Below, in pieces: positions 8,341-19,271 of a stretch of DNA of 64,000 bases. Source of the DNA: an uncultured Gammaproteobacteria bacterium (GTDB lineage: Bacteria; Pseudomonadota; Gammaproteobacteria; UBA9214); NCBI GenBank assembly GCA_963748215.1, contig CAVVHS010000003.1, positions 1 through 64,000 of the forward strand, in the 5' to 3' direction. The notes under the pieces were generated by a model, which did no database searches, was not told the origin of the DNA, and worked only from the letters and a program-made list of their open reading frames with translations. Each line of letters opens with the position of its first letter. The stretch's first letter is position 1. The translations under genes and the position numbers were made by a program.

Positions 8341-9522
8341 ATGAGAGACCTCGCCACCGCACTCATCCAGCGCAAACAGGACAAGCTGTACCGCCAGCGC
8401 GAAACCGTTGACGGACCGCAGGGTGTGGAACTCGACATCGCCGGCCGGCGCGTGCTGTCGTTCTGCAGCAATGACTACCTCGGCCTGGCGAACCACCCCG
8501 AGGTGGTGGCGGCCTTTCACCGAGGGGCTGGACGACTATGGTGCCGGCAGCGGTGCTGCGCACCTGGTAAGCGGGCACAGCCGCGCCCATCACCGGCTGG
8601 AGGAGGCGCTGGCGGACTTTGTCGAGCGGCCGCGCGCGCTGCTGTTCTCGACCGGCTACATGGCCAACCTCGGTGTCATGGCGGCCCTGCTGGGACACGG
8701 CGACCGCGTGTTCGAGGATCGCGCCAACCATGCCTCGCTGCTGGACGGCGCACGCCTGCAGCGGTGCCAGGCTGGTGCGTTACCGCCACGCCGACGCCAG
8801 CGACCTTGAGGCACGCCTGCAGTCAGCGCCGCCGGGCGAATACCTGGTGGCGACCGACGGCGTGTTCAGCATGGACGGTGACCTCGCGCCGCTACGCGGA
8901 CCTGGCCGCGGCCAGTACGCGCCACGGGGCCTGGTACATGGTCGATGACGCACACGGTCTCGGCGTGCTGGGCCGCAACGGGCGCGGTTCGGTGCAGGCC
9001 GCCGGGCTGGACAGTGCGCAGGTGCCGGTGCTGATGGGTACTCTGGGCAAGGCCTTCGGCACCTTCGGCGCGTTCGTCGCCGGCAGCGCGGAACTGGTCG
9101 AGACGCTCATCCAGCAGGCGCGCACCTATATCTATACCACCGCGCCACCGCCGGCGCTGGCCTGTGCCACTTTGGCCGCGCTCGCGCGCGTGCATGACGA
9201 TGACTGGCGGCGCGAGCGGTTGCAGGCGCTGGTACAGCGGTTTCGCGCGGGTGCCGCGCAGCTCGGCCTGCGGATGATGGCGTCGACCACGCCGATCCAG
9301 CCGCTGCTGGTGGGCGAGGCCGCGGACGCGCTGCGTCTGAGTGCGGCGCTGCGGGCGCGGGATATCCTGGTCACCGCGATCCGGCCGCCGACGGTGCCGG
9401 ATGGCACGGCACGGTTGCGCATAACCTTCTCCGCGGCGCACAACGACGAACAGGTAGACCGCCTGCTGGAGGCATTGGAGCAGATTTTCGCCATTGAGGG
9501 CACCGAGAACACAGAGGAATAA
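8341..9522 (+). CDS. bioF: 8-amino-7-oxononanoate synthase (about three apparent frameshifts at ~8520, ~8760, ~8895)
   Basis: FCSNDYLGL; [22 protein letters not shown] and [11 protein letters not shown]; [10 protein letters not shown]; [16 protein letters not shown] and IRPPTVP are spread over three frames. Confidence 0.9.
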   Translation: MRDLATALIQRKQDKLYRQRETVDGPQGVELDIAGRRVLSFCSNDYLGLANHPEVVAAFHRGAGRLWCRQRCCAPGKRAQPRPSPAGGGAGGLCRAAARAAVLDRLHGQPRCHGGPAGTRRPRVRGSRQPCLAAGRRTPAAVPGWCVTATPTPATLRHACSQRRRANTWWRPTACSAWTVTSRRYADLAAASTRHGAWYMVDDAHGLGVLGRNGRGSVQAAGLDSAQVPVLMGTLGKAFGTFGAFVAGSAELVETLIQQARTYIYTTAPPPALACATLAALARVHDDDWRRERLQALVQRFRAGAAQLGLRMMASTTPIQPLLVGEAADALRLSAALRARDILVTAIRPPTVPDGTARLRITFSAAHNDEQVDRLLEALEQIFAIEGTENTEE

Positions 9523-9887
9523 GACCAAAGACTATGTCGCGCCAAGACGCAAAGGCGCAGGGAAAATCGAAAATACTTGCCACAGAGCACACGTGGAACA
9601 CAGAGATTAATGACTTTCCTGCGGTATGGGTGGCACCTGCAGGAGCGGACCGCATCCGCGATTTTATCTTAATGATCGCGCTTGCGAAGCGCTCCTACAC
9701 GACTAACACATGTGTTGGGTAAACGTTTAATGAAAAAGCTTTTGTTCGACAAACCACAGATGAAATTTTGTTCTTTGCGCCTTTGCGTCTTTGCGCGAGT
9801 ATTGTTTTTCTCTGTGTCTTCGGCGCCCTCTCGGCAACTGCTCCATGCGTTGCTCTACCTCCTACCTCCCTGTAGTCGTGTGGCGAA
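9487..9887. repeat. Nested inverted-repeat cluster with central REP doublet
   Basis: Outer pair 9487-9518 vs 9808-9831+9880-9887 (26/32); inner pair 9537-9560 vs 9775-9798 (22/24); REP doublet 9639-9698; 48-bp insert 9832-9879. Confidence 0.75.
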
Positions 9888-9893
9888 TAATTA

Positions 9894-10677
9894 ATGACGC
9901 TCTATACGCAAACCAGTGGACACGGTCCCGATCTCGTGCTGCTGCACGGCTGGGGACTGCATGGCGGGGTGTGGGATACGTTCGTGCCGCTGCTCGAGGA
10001 TGCCTTCCGCGTCACGCGCATTGATTTGCCCGGACACGGTTACAGTGCCTGGTCCGGCGAACGCGACCTGGATGACATGGCCGGGGCGGTACTGGCCGCG
10101 GTACCGGCGCCGGCGTTCTGGGTTGGCTGGTCGCTGGGCGGCATGGTCGCCCTGCGTGCCGCGTTGCTGGAACCGGCACAGGTCACAGCGCTGGTCTGTA
10201 TCGCCAGTTCACTTTGCTTCGTACGCAAGCCGGGCTGGCAGAGCGCCATGTTGCCACAGCTGCTGGACAGCTTCGCCGCTGACCTGGAACAGGATTACGC
10301 GCGCACGCTGAACCGCTTTCTCGCCCTGCAGGTGCGTGGCAGCGCCAATGCCGGCGCCGTCCTCAGGCAGCTGCGTGCGACGCTGCTGGTGCGCGGCCAG
10401 CCGCAGCCGGAAGGGCTGCGCGCCGGGCTGGATGTGCTGCGCAACGCCGATTTGCGCGCCGTCGCCGGCGGGCTGCGTTGTCCGTCACTGCTGCTGATGG
10501 GCGAGCGCGACACGCTGGTGCCGCAGGCAGCGGGACGTGCCACTAGTGCGTTGCTGCCCGGCGCGCGACTGGCGCTGATCGAGGCGGCCGGGCATGCCCC
10601 GTTCATCACGGCGCCGAAGGCGGTTGCCGCGCGCCTGCGGGATTTCCTGCTGACGCCGGTGCAGGCGGGAGAGCGAC

Positions 10678-10685
<8 letters not shown>
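9894..10685 (+). CDS. bioH: Pimeloyl-ACP methyl ester carboxylesterase
   Basis: LVLLHGWG, GWSLGG nucleophile motif, GHAPF; located in the bio operon. Confidence 0.93.
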
Positions 10686-12241
<1,556 letters not shown>

Positions 12242-12406
12242 TGCTCCACCAATCCTGTCAATTGAATCCCGCCGGTTTCTAATTTACTATACGTCCACTT
12301 TTTCGCAGGTGAAAATGCGCGTGAACGGATGAGTCTTTGCGGATATCCGGTGAAAACAACAGCGTGCGCGTTCGAGCCAGGCAGCGGTACCACAAAATAA
12401 ACGGAT

Positions 12407-12901
12407 GTGGTTGAACGGGTACTAGATCCCTCGGGTCGAGATTGTCACTGGGTCATTCGGCCAAACCAGTCCCTGTCATGGCGCGGGGCGGTCCGGATTT
12501 ATGCAGCCATCACTACCTGTCTGCTCGGTATCGGAACGGTGTTTGCGTTGCATGGCTACTGGCCGGTGCTGCCGTTTGCGGGACTGGAGGTTGTGGTGCT
12601 GGGAGTGGCCTTCCACCGGTGTCTGTCACGCAGCCAGATACGCGAGGTCGTGACCGTGAATGAAGACCGTGTCACGGTGGAGAAGGGACGCAGGCAGCCG
12701 GAGCAGCACTGGGAATGTCCACGCGCCTGGGCAAGGGTCATCATGGAGCGCTCGCCGCTCGCCTGGTACCCGAGCCGCTTGTCAGTGGCATTCCAGGGGC
12801 ACCGGGTCGAAATCGGACGGTTCCTCAACGAAGTGGACCGGCAAAGTCTCGCAGCGGAGCTGCAGGGCACGATCCGGCAGGGCGGCTGGCAGCAAAACTG
12901 A
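12407..12901 (+). CDS. DUF2244-type membrane protein upstream of cox genes
   Basis: IRPNQSLS, WPVLPFAGLE, EIGRFLNEVDR. Confidence 0.75.
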   Translation: MVERVLDPSGRDCHWVIRPNQSLSWRGAVRIYAAITTCLLGIGTVFALHGYWPVLPFAGLEVVVLGVAFHRCLSRSQIREVVTVNEDRVTVEKGRRQPEQHWECPRAWARVIMERSPLAWYPSRLSVAFQGHRVEIGRFLNEVDRQSLAAELQGTIRQGGWQQN

Positions 12902-12961
12902 CAGCCCGTGCGTGTGAAAATTTCAGAAATATCAATAACCTGGTCTTAGGGAGAGGAATGC

Positions 12962-14098
12962 ATGTTCGTTAACACACTAAGACGCACCCTGTGCGGTCTC
13001 TGGGGCGCAGCCACCCTGCTGCTGGCAGGCAGTGCCTTCGCCGGCTTTTCCGATACGCTGAATCTCAGGCAAGGGGTCACCGATATCAGCCACAAGGTCT
13101 ATGACCTGCACATGCTGATCTTCTGGATCTGCGTCGTGGCCTGTGTCGCGGTGTTCGCCGTGCTGATCTACTCGATCATGACCCATCGCAAATCCAAGGG
13201 TGCGGTGCCCGCCACTTTTCACGAAAGCACCACCGTGGAAATCATCTGGACCACCATCCCCTTCCTGGTACTGGTCGGCATGGCCGTTCCGGCCACCACC
13301 ACGCTGCTGGCGCTGGAGGACACCCGTGACTCGGACATGTCGATCCAGGTCACCGGCTACCAGTGGAAGTGGAAATACGATTACCTGGACGAGGACATCA
13401 GCTTCTTCAGCACTCTGACCACCCCGCGCGAGCAGATCGACGGTGCTGCCGAGAAGGGCGAAAACTACCTGCTGGAAGTCGACAACCCGATCGTGGTGCC
13501 GATCAACAAGAAGATCCGCTTCCTGATTACCTCCAATGACGTGATCCACTCCTGGTGGGTGCCGGACCTGGGCTGGAAGCAGGATGCCGTGCCGGGCTTC
13601 ATCAACGATGCCTGGACCGAGCTGAAGGAGCCGGGTACCTACCGCGGCAAGTGCGCCGAGCTGTGTGGCAAGGACCACGGCTTCATGCCGATCGTGCTGA
13701 TTGCCAAGACCGAGGAAGACTACGCCGCCTGGGTTGCCGAGCAGAAGGGCGCCAAGGCTGCCGAGGCCGCCGCAGCGACCCAGACCTGGACCATGGATGA
13801 TCTGATGGCCAAGGGCGAGCAGGTGTATGGCAGTGCCTGCGTATCCTGTCACCAGGCCAACGGCCAGGGTATTCCGGGTGTGTTCCCGGCCCTCACCGGT
13901 GGTGCGATCGCGACCGGTCCGGTCGCGGGCCACATCGACATCGTGGTGCATGGCAGCAAGAAGAATCCGGCCATGCAGGCATTCGGGCAGCAGCTGGGCG
14001 ATGCCGACCTCGCAGCCGTGATCACCTATGAGCGCAACGCACTGGGTAACAGCACCGGTGACATGGTCCAGCCGTCCGATATCGCGGCGGCCCGTTAA
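12962..14098 (+). CDS. coxB: Cytochrome c oxidase subunit II with C-terminal cytochrome c domain
   Basis: DVIHSWW, CuA motif CAELCGKDHGFM, heme c motif CVSCH. Confidence 0.95.
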   Translation: MFVNTLRRTLCGLWGAATLLLAGSAFAGFSDTLNLRQGVTDISHKVYDLHMLIFWICVVACVAVFAVLIYSIMTHRKSKGAVPATFHESTTVEIIWTTIPFLVLVGMAVPATTTLLALEDTRDSDMSIQVTGYQWKWKYDYLDEDISFFSTLTTPREQIDGAAEKGENYLLEVDNPIVVPINKKIRFLITSNDVIHSWWVPDLGWKQDAVPGFINDAWTELKEPGTYRGKCAELCGKDHGFMPIVLIAKTEEDYAAWVAEQKGAKAAEAAAATQTWTMDDLMAKGEQVYGSACVSCHQANGQGIPGVFPALTGGAIATGPVAGHIDIVVHGSKKNPAMQAFGQQLGDADLAAVITYERNALGNSTGDMVQPSDIAAAR

Positions 14099-14132
14099 GG
14101 ATTTCAGGATACAGAGTGGAGGTATACTTAAA

Positions 14133-15710
14133 ATGAGCACAGCAACCACGCACGACGAACACCACCACGGCGCACCGAGCGGCCTGATGCGCTGGGTCAC
14201 CACGACCAACCACAAGGACATCGGTACCCTGTACCTGTGGTTCGCCTTCATCATGCTGCTGATCGGCGGCGCGATGGCCATGGTGATCAGGGCCGAGCTG
14301 TTCCAGCCCGGACTGCAGATCGTCGATCCGCATTTCTTCAACACCATGACCACCATGCACGGTCTGATCATGGTGTTCGGCGCCATCATGCCGGGCATGG
14401 TCGGTCTGGCCAACTGGCAGATCCCGATGATGATCGGCGCCCCTGACATGGCGTTGCCGCGCATGAACAACTGGAGCTTCTGGATTCTGCCGTTCGCCGG
14501 CACCATGCTGCTCAGCACCCTGTTCATGGAAGGTGGCGGCCCGGCCTTCGGCTGGACCTTCTACGCGCCGCTGTCCACCACCTTCGCGCCGGCGAGCACC
14601 GACTTCTTCATTTTCGCGGTACACATGCTGGGCTTCTCGTCCATCATGGGTTCCATCAACATCATCGCCACCGTGCTCAATATGCGCGCCCCGGGCATGA
14701 CGCTGATGAAGATGCCGCTGTTCGTGTGGACCTGGTTCATCACCGCGTTCCTGCTGATCGCCGTGATGCCGGTGCTGGCCGGTGCCGTGACCATGATGTT
14801 GACCGACCGCAACTTCGGTACCAGCTTCTTCGATGCCGCCGGCGGCGGTGACCCGGTGCTGTTCCAGCACGTGTTCTGGTTCTTCGGTCATCCCGAGGTC
14901 TACATCATGATCCTGCCGGCATTCGGCGTGATTTCCGAGATCATTCCGACCTTTGCGCGCAAGAAGCTGTTCGGCTACAGCTCCATGGTGTATGCCACCG
15001 CCTCCATCGCGTTCCTGTCGTTCATCGTCTACGCGCATCATATGTTCACCACCGGCATGCCGGTAGCGGGTGAGCTGTACTTCATGTACGCCACCGTCAT
15101 GATCGCCGTGCCGACCGCGGTCAAGGTGTTCAACTGGACCGCTACCATGTGGAAAGGCTCCATGACCTTCGAGACGCCGATGCTGTGGGCGATTGCGTTC
15201 GTGTTCCTGTTCACTATCGGCGGCTTCACCGGCCTGATGATGGGCATCGCCCCCGCGGACATGCAGTACCACGATACCTACTTCATCGTGGCCCACTTCC
15301 ACTACGTGCTGGTAACCGGCGCGCTGTTCGCCATCATCGCCGCCTTCTACTACTGGGCGCCGAAGTGGACCGGCCACATGATCGACGAGCGCCTTGGCAA
15401 GATCCATTTCTGGTGGTCGGTGATTTCCGTGAACGTGCTGTTCTTCCCGCAGCACTTCATCGGCCTGGCCGGCATGCCGCGCCGTATCCCGGACTACTCG
15501 CTGCAGTTCGCCGACTGGAACATGATCTCCAGTCTCGGCGGCTTCGCCTTCGGTCTGGCCCAGGTGTTCTTCATCTACGTCATCATCAAGACGATCAAGG
15601 GCGGCGAGAAGGCTACCGGCCAGGTGTGGGAGGGTGCGCATGGCCTGGAGTGGACGCTTCCGTCACCGGCCCCGTATCACACCTTCGAAACGGCACCGGA
15701 AGTCAGGTAG
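14133..15710 (+). CDS. coxA: Cytochrome c oxidase subunit I (type A)
   Basis: TNHKDIG, WFFGHPEVY, AHHMF, VAHFHYV, GMPRRIPDY. Confidence 0.97.
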   Translation: MSTATTHDEHHHGAPSGLMRWVTTTNHKDIGTLYLWFAFIMLLIGGAMAMVIRAELFQPGLQIVDPHFFNTMTTMHGLIMVFGAIMPGMVGLANWQIPMMIGAPDMALPRMNNWSFWILPFAGTMLLSTLFMEGGGPAFGWTFYAPLSTTFAPASTDFFIFAVHMLGFSSIMGSINIIATVLNMRAPGMTLMKMPLFVWTWFITAFLLIAVMPVLAGAVTMMLTDRNFGTSFFDAAGGGDPVLFQHVFWFFGHPEVYIMILPAFGVISEIIPTFARKKLFGYSSMVYATASIAFLSFIVYAHHMFTTGMPVAGELYFMYATVMIAVPTAVKVFNWTATMWKGSMTFETPMLWAIAFVFLFTIGGFTGLMMGIAPADMQYHDTYFIVAHFHYVLVTGALFAIIAAFYYWAPKWTGHMIDERLGKIHFWWSVISVNVLFFPQHFIGLAGMPRRIPDYSLQFADWNMISSLGGFAFGLAQVFFIYVIIKTIKGGEKATGQVWEGAHGLEWTLPSPAPYHTFETAPEVR

Positions 15711-15715
15711 TACGC

Positions 15716-15745
15716 CGGGTGCACGGGTTGTCGCCCGTGCACCCG
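15716..15745. other. 12-bp perfect hairpin after coxA (mRNA stability/attenuation element)
   Basis: CGGGTGCACGGG-ttgtcg-CCCGTGCACCCG with no U-tract. Confidence 0.45.
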
Positions 15746-15766
15746 CTGATTATGCAGGCAGATTCG

Positions 15767-15883
15767 ATGTCACAGCCAGGTAACACACAGCGGTCCGGTA
15801 CCCGCATGGTAATCACCGTCGTCGTGCTGGTGCTGGTGGCGCTGGGTTTCTTTGTCGCCAGTTTCTTCGCCTTGACGAAATGA
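15767..15883 (+). CDS. Small single-TM protein in the cox operon (38 aa)
   Basis: MSQPGNTQRSGTRMVITVVVLVLVALGFFVASFFALTK; its stop overlaps the cox11 start (ATGA). Confidence 0.55.
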   Translation: MSQPGNTQRSGTRMVITVVVLVLVALGFFVASFFALTK

Positions 15884-16476
15884 CCATGCAAGCTGACGAT
15901 CGCAAGCAGGCCAACCAGCGCATCGCAAAGCGGCTTGTTATTGTCGCGCTGCTGATGTTCGGTTTCGGTTTTGCGCTGGTGCCGCTGTATGACGTGTTTT
16001 GCGACATCACCGGCCTGAACGGCAAAACCGGGCGCATCGAACTGGAACAGGCGCTGACCGGGCAGGTCGACGAGAGCCGGCTGGTGACGGTGGAATTCCT
16101 CGGCACGGTGCACAGCGACCTGCCCTGGGAATTCAGGCCGATGGTACGGCAGGTCAAGGTTCACCCGGGAGAGGTGACGGAGGTCCATTACTTCGCCAGG
16201 AACAAGACTGACAGCCAGGTCGCCGGGCAGGCCGTGCCCAGCGTGGCGCCGGGCCAGGCGGCGAAGTATTTCAACAAGACGGAGTGCTTCTGTTTTACCC
16301 GGCAGACACTGGAGGCGGGCGAGGCGAAGGAGATGCCGATCCGGTTCGTGGTCGATCCGGCGCTACCGGAGGATGTCGTGAGGGTGTCGCTGTCCTACAC
16401 CTTCTATCAGGCAAAGGATGCCGACCCGGCAGCAACCGTTTCAATGGAAAAGGGCAGCCTCGACTCCATCATGTAA
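15880..16476 (+). CDS. ctaG: Cytochrome c oxidase assembly copper chaperone CtaG/Cox11
   Basis: FALVPLYDVFCDITG, YFNKTECFCF, LSYTF. Confidence 0.93.
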   Translation: MTMQADDRKQANQRIAKRLVIVALLMFGFGFALVPLYDVFCDITGLNGKTGRIELEQALTGQVDESRLVTVEFLGTVHSDLPWEFRPMVRQVKVHPGEVTEVHYFARNKTDSQVAGQAVPSVAPGQAAKYFNKTECFCFTRQTLEAGEAKEMPIRFVVDPALPEDVVRVSLSYTFYQAKDADPAATVSMEKGSLDSIM

Positions 16477-16583
16477 CACGGGACCAGCAGCGCAAGATAC
16501 TGCGTGTGATTCATTAGCGGGTGGTCGGGCGGTCTATCCTGACCCCATAAAAGTTAACAACTTGAATAGAGAGGGAGTTACCA

Positions 16584-17447
16584 ATGTCAGCATCTAAAGG
16601 GGGTTATTACCTGCCGGAACCGAGCCACTGGCCCATCGTAGGCTCCGTCGGCCTGTTCCTGCTGCTGGGTGGTTTTGCGCATTTCCTGCACGGCGGGTCC
16701 TGGGTGGTGATGGCGACCGGCGGGGCTGTGCTGATCTTCATGCTGTTCGGCTGGTTCGGTACCGTGATCAACGAGAGCGTGAGCGGCAAGTACAACGAAC
16801 AGGTCGACATGTCCTTCCGCTGGAGCATGGGCTGGTTCATCTTCTCCGAGGTGATGTTCTTCGCGGCCTTCTTCGGCGCCCTGTTCTACGCGCGCATGTA
16901 CTCGGTGCCGTGGCTGGGCGGCGAAGGCAACAACGCCATGACCAACGAGCTGCTGTGGCGTGGCTTCGATGCCGCCTGGCCGACCAACGGTCCGGGCAAT
17001 GTCGGCGGTGCCTACGAGTACATGGGTGCCTGGGGCATACCGGCGATCAATACCCTGATCCTGCTGTCCTCGGGCGTGACCGTTACCTGGGCGCACTGGG
17101 GCCTGAAAAAGGCTGATCGCACCCAGCTGATCCTCGGCCTGATGGCCACGGTGGGGCTGGGCTTCCTGTTCCTGGGTCTGCAGGCGTACGAGTACGGCCA
17201 TGCCTACCACGAACTGAACCTGACACTGAATACCGGTATCTACGGCACCACCTTCTACATGCTGACCGGCTTCCACGGCCTGCACGTGACGCTGGGCGCC
17301 ACCATGCTGCTGGTCATCCTGATCCGCAGCATGAAGGGGCACTTCACCAACGAGCATCACTTCGCGTTCGAGGCCGTGGCCTGGTACTGGCACTTCGTCG
17401 ACGTGGTGTGGCTGGGCCTGTTCGTATTCGTGTACTGGCTGGTCTAG
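16584..17447 (+). CDS. coxC: Cytochrome c oxidase subunit III
   Basis: WFIFSEVMFF, FYMLTGFHGLHV, WYWHFVDVVWL. Confidence 0.96.
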   Translation: MSASKGGYYLPEPSHWPIVGSVGLFLLLGGFAHFLHGGSWVVMATGGAVLIFMLFGWFGTVINESVSGKYNEQVDMSFRWSMGWFIFSEVMFFAAFFGALFYARMYSVPWLGGEGNNAMTNELLWRGFDAAWPTNGPGNVGGAYEYMGAWGIPAINTLILLSSGVTVTWAHWGLKKADRTQLILGLMATVGLGFLFLGLQAYEYGHAYHELNLTLNTGIYGTTFYMLTGFHGLHVTLGATMLLVILIRSMKGHFTNEHHFAFEAVAWYWHFVDVVWLGLFVFVYWLV

Positions 17448-17465
17448 ACGAAAGCATCAGGACAG

Positions 17466-17496
17466 CAAGGGGGCGCTGCTTGCAGCGCCCTTTTTG
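17466..17496 (+). terminator. Rho-independent terminator after coxC
   Basis: AAGGGGGCGCTGC-TT-GCAGCGCCCTTTTT. Confidence 0.75.
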
Positions 17497-17589
17497 TTGA
17501 AGGCACCGGTAATTGTTCGCGGACGTGGTCCGTTCCTGCTGGGTGACGCTATTGGGCGTGGGCGCGCATCTCATGCGCGATGAAGCGCA

Positions 17590-17799
17590 TTATCCGCCCA
17601 CACCGTGCGGTTGCAGCAGGCCGGTGGCGTAGCCGAGCATCAGCAGCACGAACAACAGGACCGACAGGCTGATGCGTACGGTCAGCGCACGCACGGTACG
17701 CTCTGAGGTCCCCTTGTCCTTGACGAGGTAGAACAGACCGCTGAACAGGCTGCCAATGATGATGAACAGGAACAGGACAACGATGATTTTTGTGGCCAT
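17590..17799 (-). CDS. Twin transmembrane helix small protein (DUF2909-type)
   Basis: SLFSGLFYLVKD...RALTVRISLS...GLLQPH; usual position between coxC and SURF1. Confidence 0.8.
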   Translation of the reverse strand: MATKIIVVLFLFIIIGSLFSGLFYLVKDKGTSERTVRALTVRISLSVLLFVLLMLGYATGLLQPHGVGG

Positions 17800-17855
17800 G
17801 ACAGGGAACCGGAAGTGAGATATATACCCGGCAGTATATCAAATCAGGCGGTTCG

Positions 17856-18602
17856 ATGAGACTCGGCGCCTTCAGCTTCCGGCCCGGGCTTTGGCCCACG
17901 CTGGCCACGCTGGTCCTGTTGCCCCTGATGGTCGGGCTCGGCGTCTGGCAGCTGCAGCGCGCAGACTGGAAACAGGGACTGGTCGATGCCAATGCCGAGC
18001 GTGCCGGGCTGCCTGCCGTCAGCCTGCAGGCGCTGCTGCCGGTCACGGAGTCGGCCCAGTACCGGCCGGTGACCGTGACGGGACGTTACGATCTCGCGCA
18101 CCAGCTGCTGCTGGACAACCGTACCTGGCAGGGTCATCCGGGCTACGAGGTGCTGACCCCGTTGCGCCTGTCCGCCGGCGGTACGGCAGTGCTGGTCAAC
18201 CGTGGCTGGGTACCGGCCGACCCGGACCGCGGCAAGCTGCCGGCGCTGCCGGGCGCGGCCGGTGAAATACCGGTCAGGGCGACCGTCAAGCTGCCCCCGG
18301 AAAAGAACTTCCGGCTGTCGGACGTAGAGGAGGCGCAGGCCGGCTGGCCGCGCGTGGTGCAGCAGCCCGAGCTGGCACAGCTGGAGCAGCTGCTCGGCTA
18401 CCCGCTGCTGCCGGTGATACTCCTGCTGGACAAGGATGCGGAGCAGGGTTTCCTGCGCGACTGGAAACCGGTGTATGGTGTGACGCCCGACAAGCACCGC
18501 GCCTATGCCATGCAATGGCTGACGCTGGCACTGGTACTGGGGCTGATCTATGTCGGTGTGAACACGAAACGAATTGGCAATAACGGTGTGGATGTGCAAT
18601 GA
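17856..18602 (+). CDS. SURF1-family protein
   Basis: LGVWQLQRA, LLDNR, GYEVLTP, LVNRGW, HRAYAMQW. Confidence 0.92.
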   Translation: MRLGAFSFRPGLWPTLATLVLLPLMVGLGVWQLQRADWKQGLVDANAERAGLPAVSLQALLPVTESAQYRPVTVTGRYDLAHQLLLDNRTWQGHPGYEVLTPLRLSAGGTAVLVNRGWVPADPDRGKLPALPGAAGEIPVRATVKLPPEKNFRLSDVEEAQAGWPRVVQQPELAQLEQLLGYPLLPVILLLDKDAEQGFLRDWKPVYGVTPDKHRAYAMQWLTLALVLGLIYVGVNTKRIGNNGVDVQ

Positions 18603-19261
18603 AAAGGCAAGATGAGGTGATTCCGACCGCGGCCCGGCGCAATTGGTGGCGACAGCGCGGCTTCCTGACCTCGCGGCAGGCGCTCGTGGTGCTCGGACTG
18701 ATTTTCCTGGCGCCGACCTTCGTTGCCTGGATTATGCACCAGGGCGGTGATGGCGGCTGGCGTCCGGAAGGTATGACCAACCAGGGCAGCCTGGTGCACC
18801 CGGCGAGGCCGCTGCAGATGCCGGTCGGGTTGCAGGCGGGCGAGCGTCCGCTGAATGATTTCCTGCTGGGTATGTGGACGTTGCTGTATATCGGCGATGC
18901 CGATTGCGATGCGGTGTGCATCGACAGCCTGTACAAGATGCGTCAGATCAGGATCGCCCAGAACGAGAACATGAAGCGTGTGCAGACGCTGTTTCTGCTG
19001 CAGGGCGATGCCTTGCCGCAGGAGCTGGCTATGCGTCTCGCCGAAGAATACCGCGACCTGACCGTGGTGCCGGTGTCAGCCGCGCAGGCCGGGCAGATCG
19101 CGCCGTTCTTTGCCATCGACGATGCGGGTATGGAAGCGGCCGAACGTGTGTACTTCATCGATCCGCTCGGCAATCTCATGATGTACTACGGGCCGGATGC
19201 CGATCCCGCCGGCATGCTCAAGGACCTGCGCAAGCTGCTGAAATTCTCGAGGATCGGCTGA
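18599..19261 (+). CDS. SCO-like thioredoxin-fold membrane-anchored protein
   Basis: N-terminal TM helix, CDAVC (CxxxC), [20 protein letters not shown]. The canonical SCO His ligand is not evident. Confidence 0.7.
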   Translation: MKRQDEVIPTAARRNWWRQRGFLTSRQALVVLGLIFLAPTFVAWIMHQGGDGGWRPEGMTNQGSLVHPARPLQMPVGLQAGERPLNDFLLGMWTLLYIGDADCDAVCIDSLYKMRQIRIAQNENMKRVQTLFLLQGDALPQELAMRLAEEYRDLTVVPVSAAQAGQIAPFFAIDDAGMEAAERVYFIDPLGNLMMYYGPDADPAGMLKDLRKLLKFSRIG

Positions 19262-19271
19262 AGTAACGCAA

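Noticed and set aside
9487-9887. CRISPR array or small ORFs 9534-9722 and 9682-9894
   Set aside because: The repeats are inverted and heterogeneous, and the ORFs are translations of repeat arms with no recognisable protein motifs.
12977-15641. Long antisense ORFs (516 aa and 539 aa) opposite coxB/coxA; likewise 6508-8151 and 31764-33179
   Set aside because: Shadow ORFs expected from high GC3 codon bias opposite well-conserved genes; no motifs.
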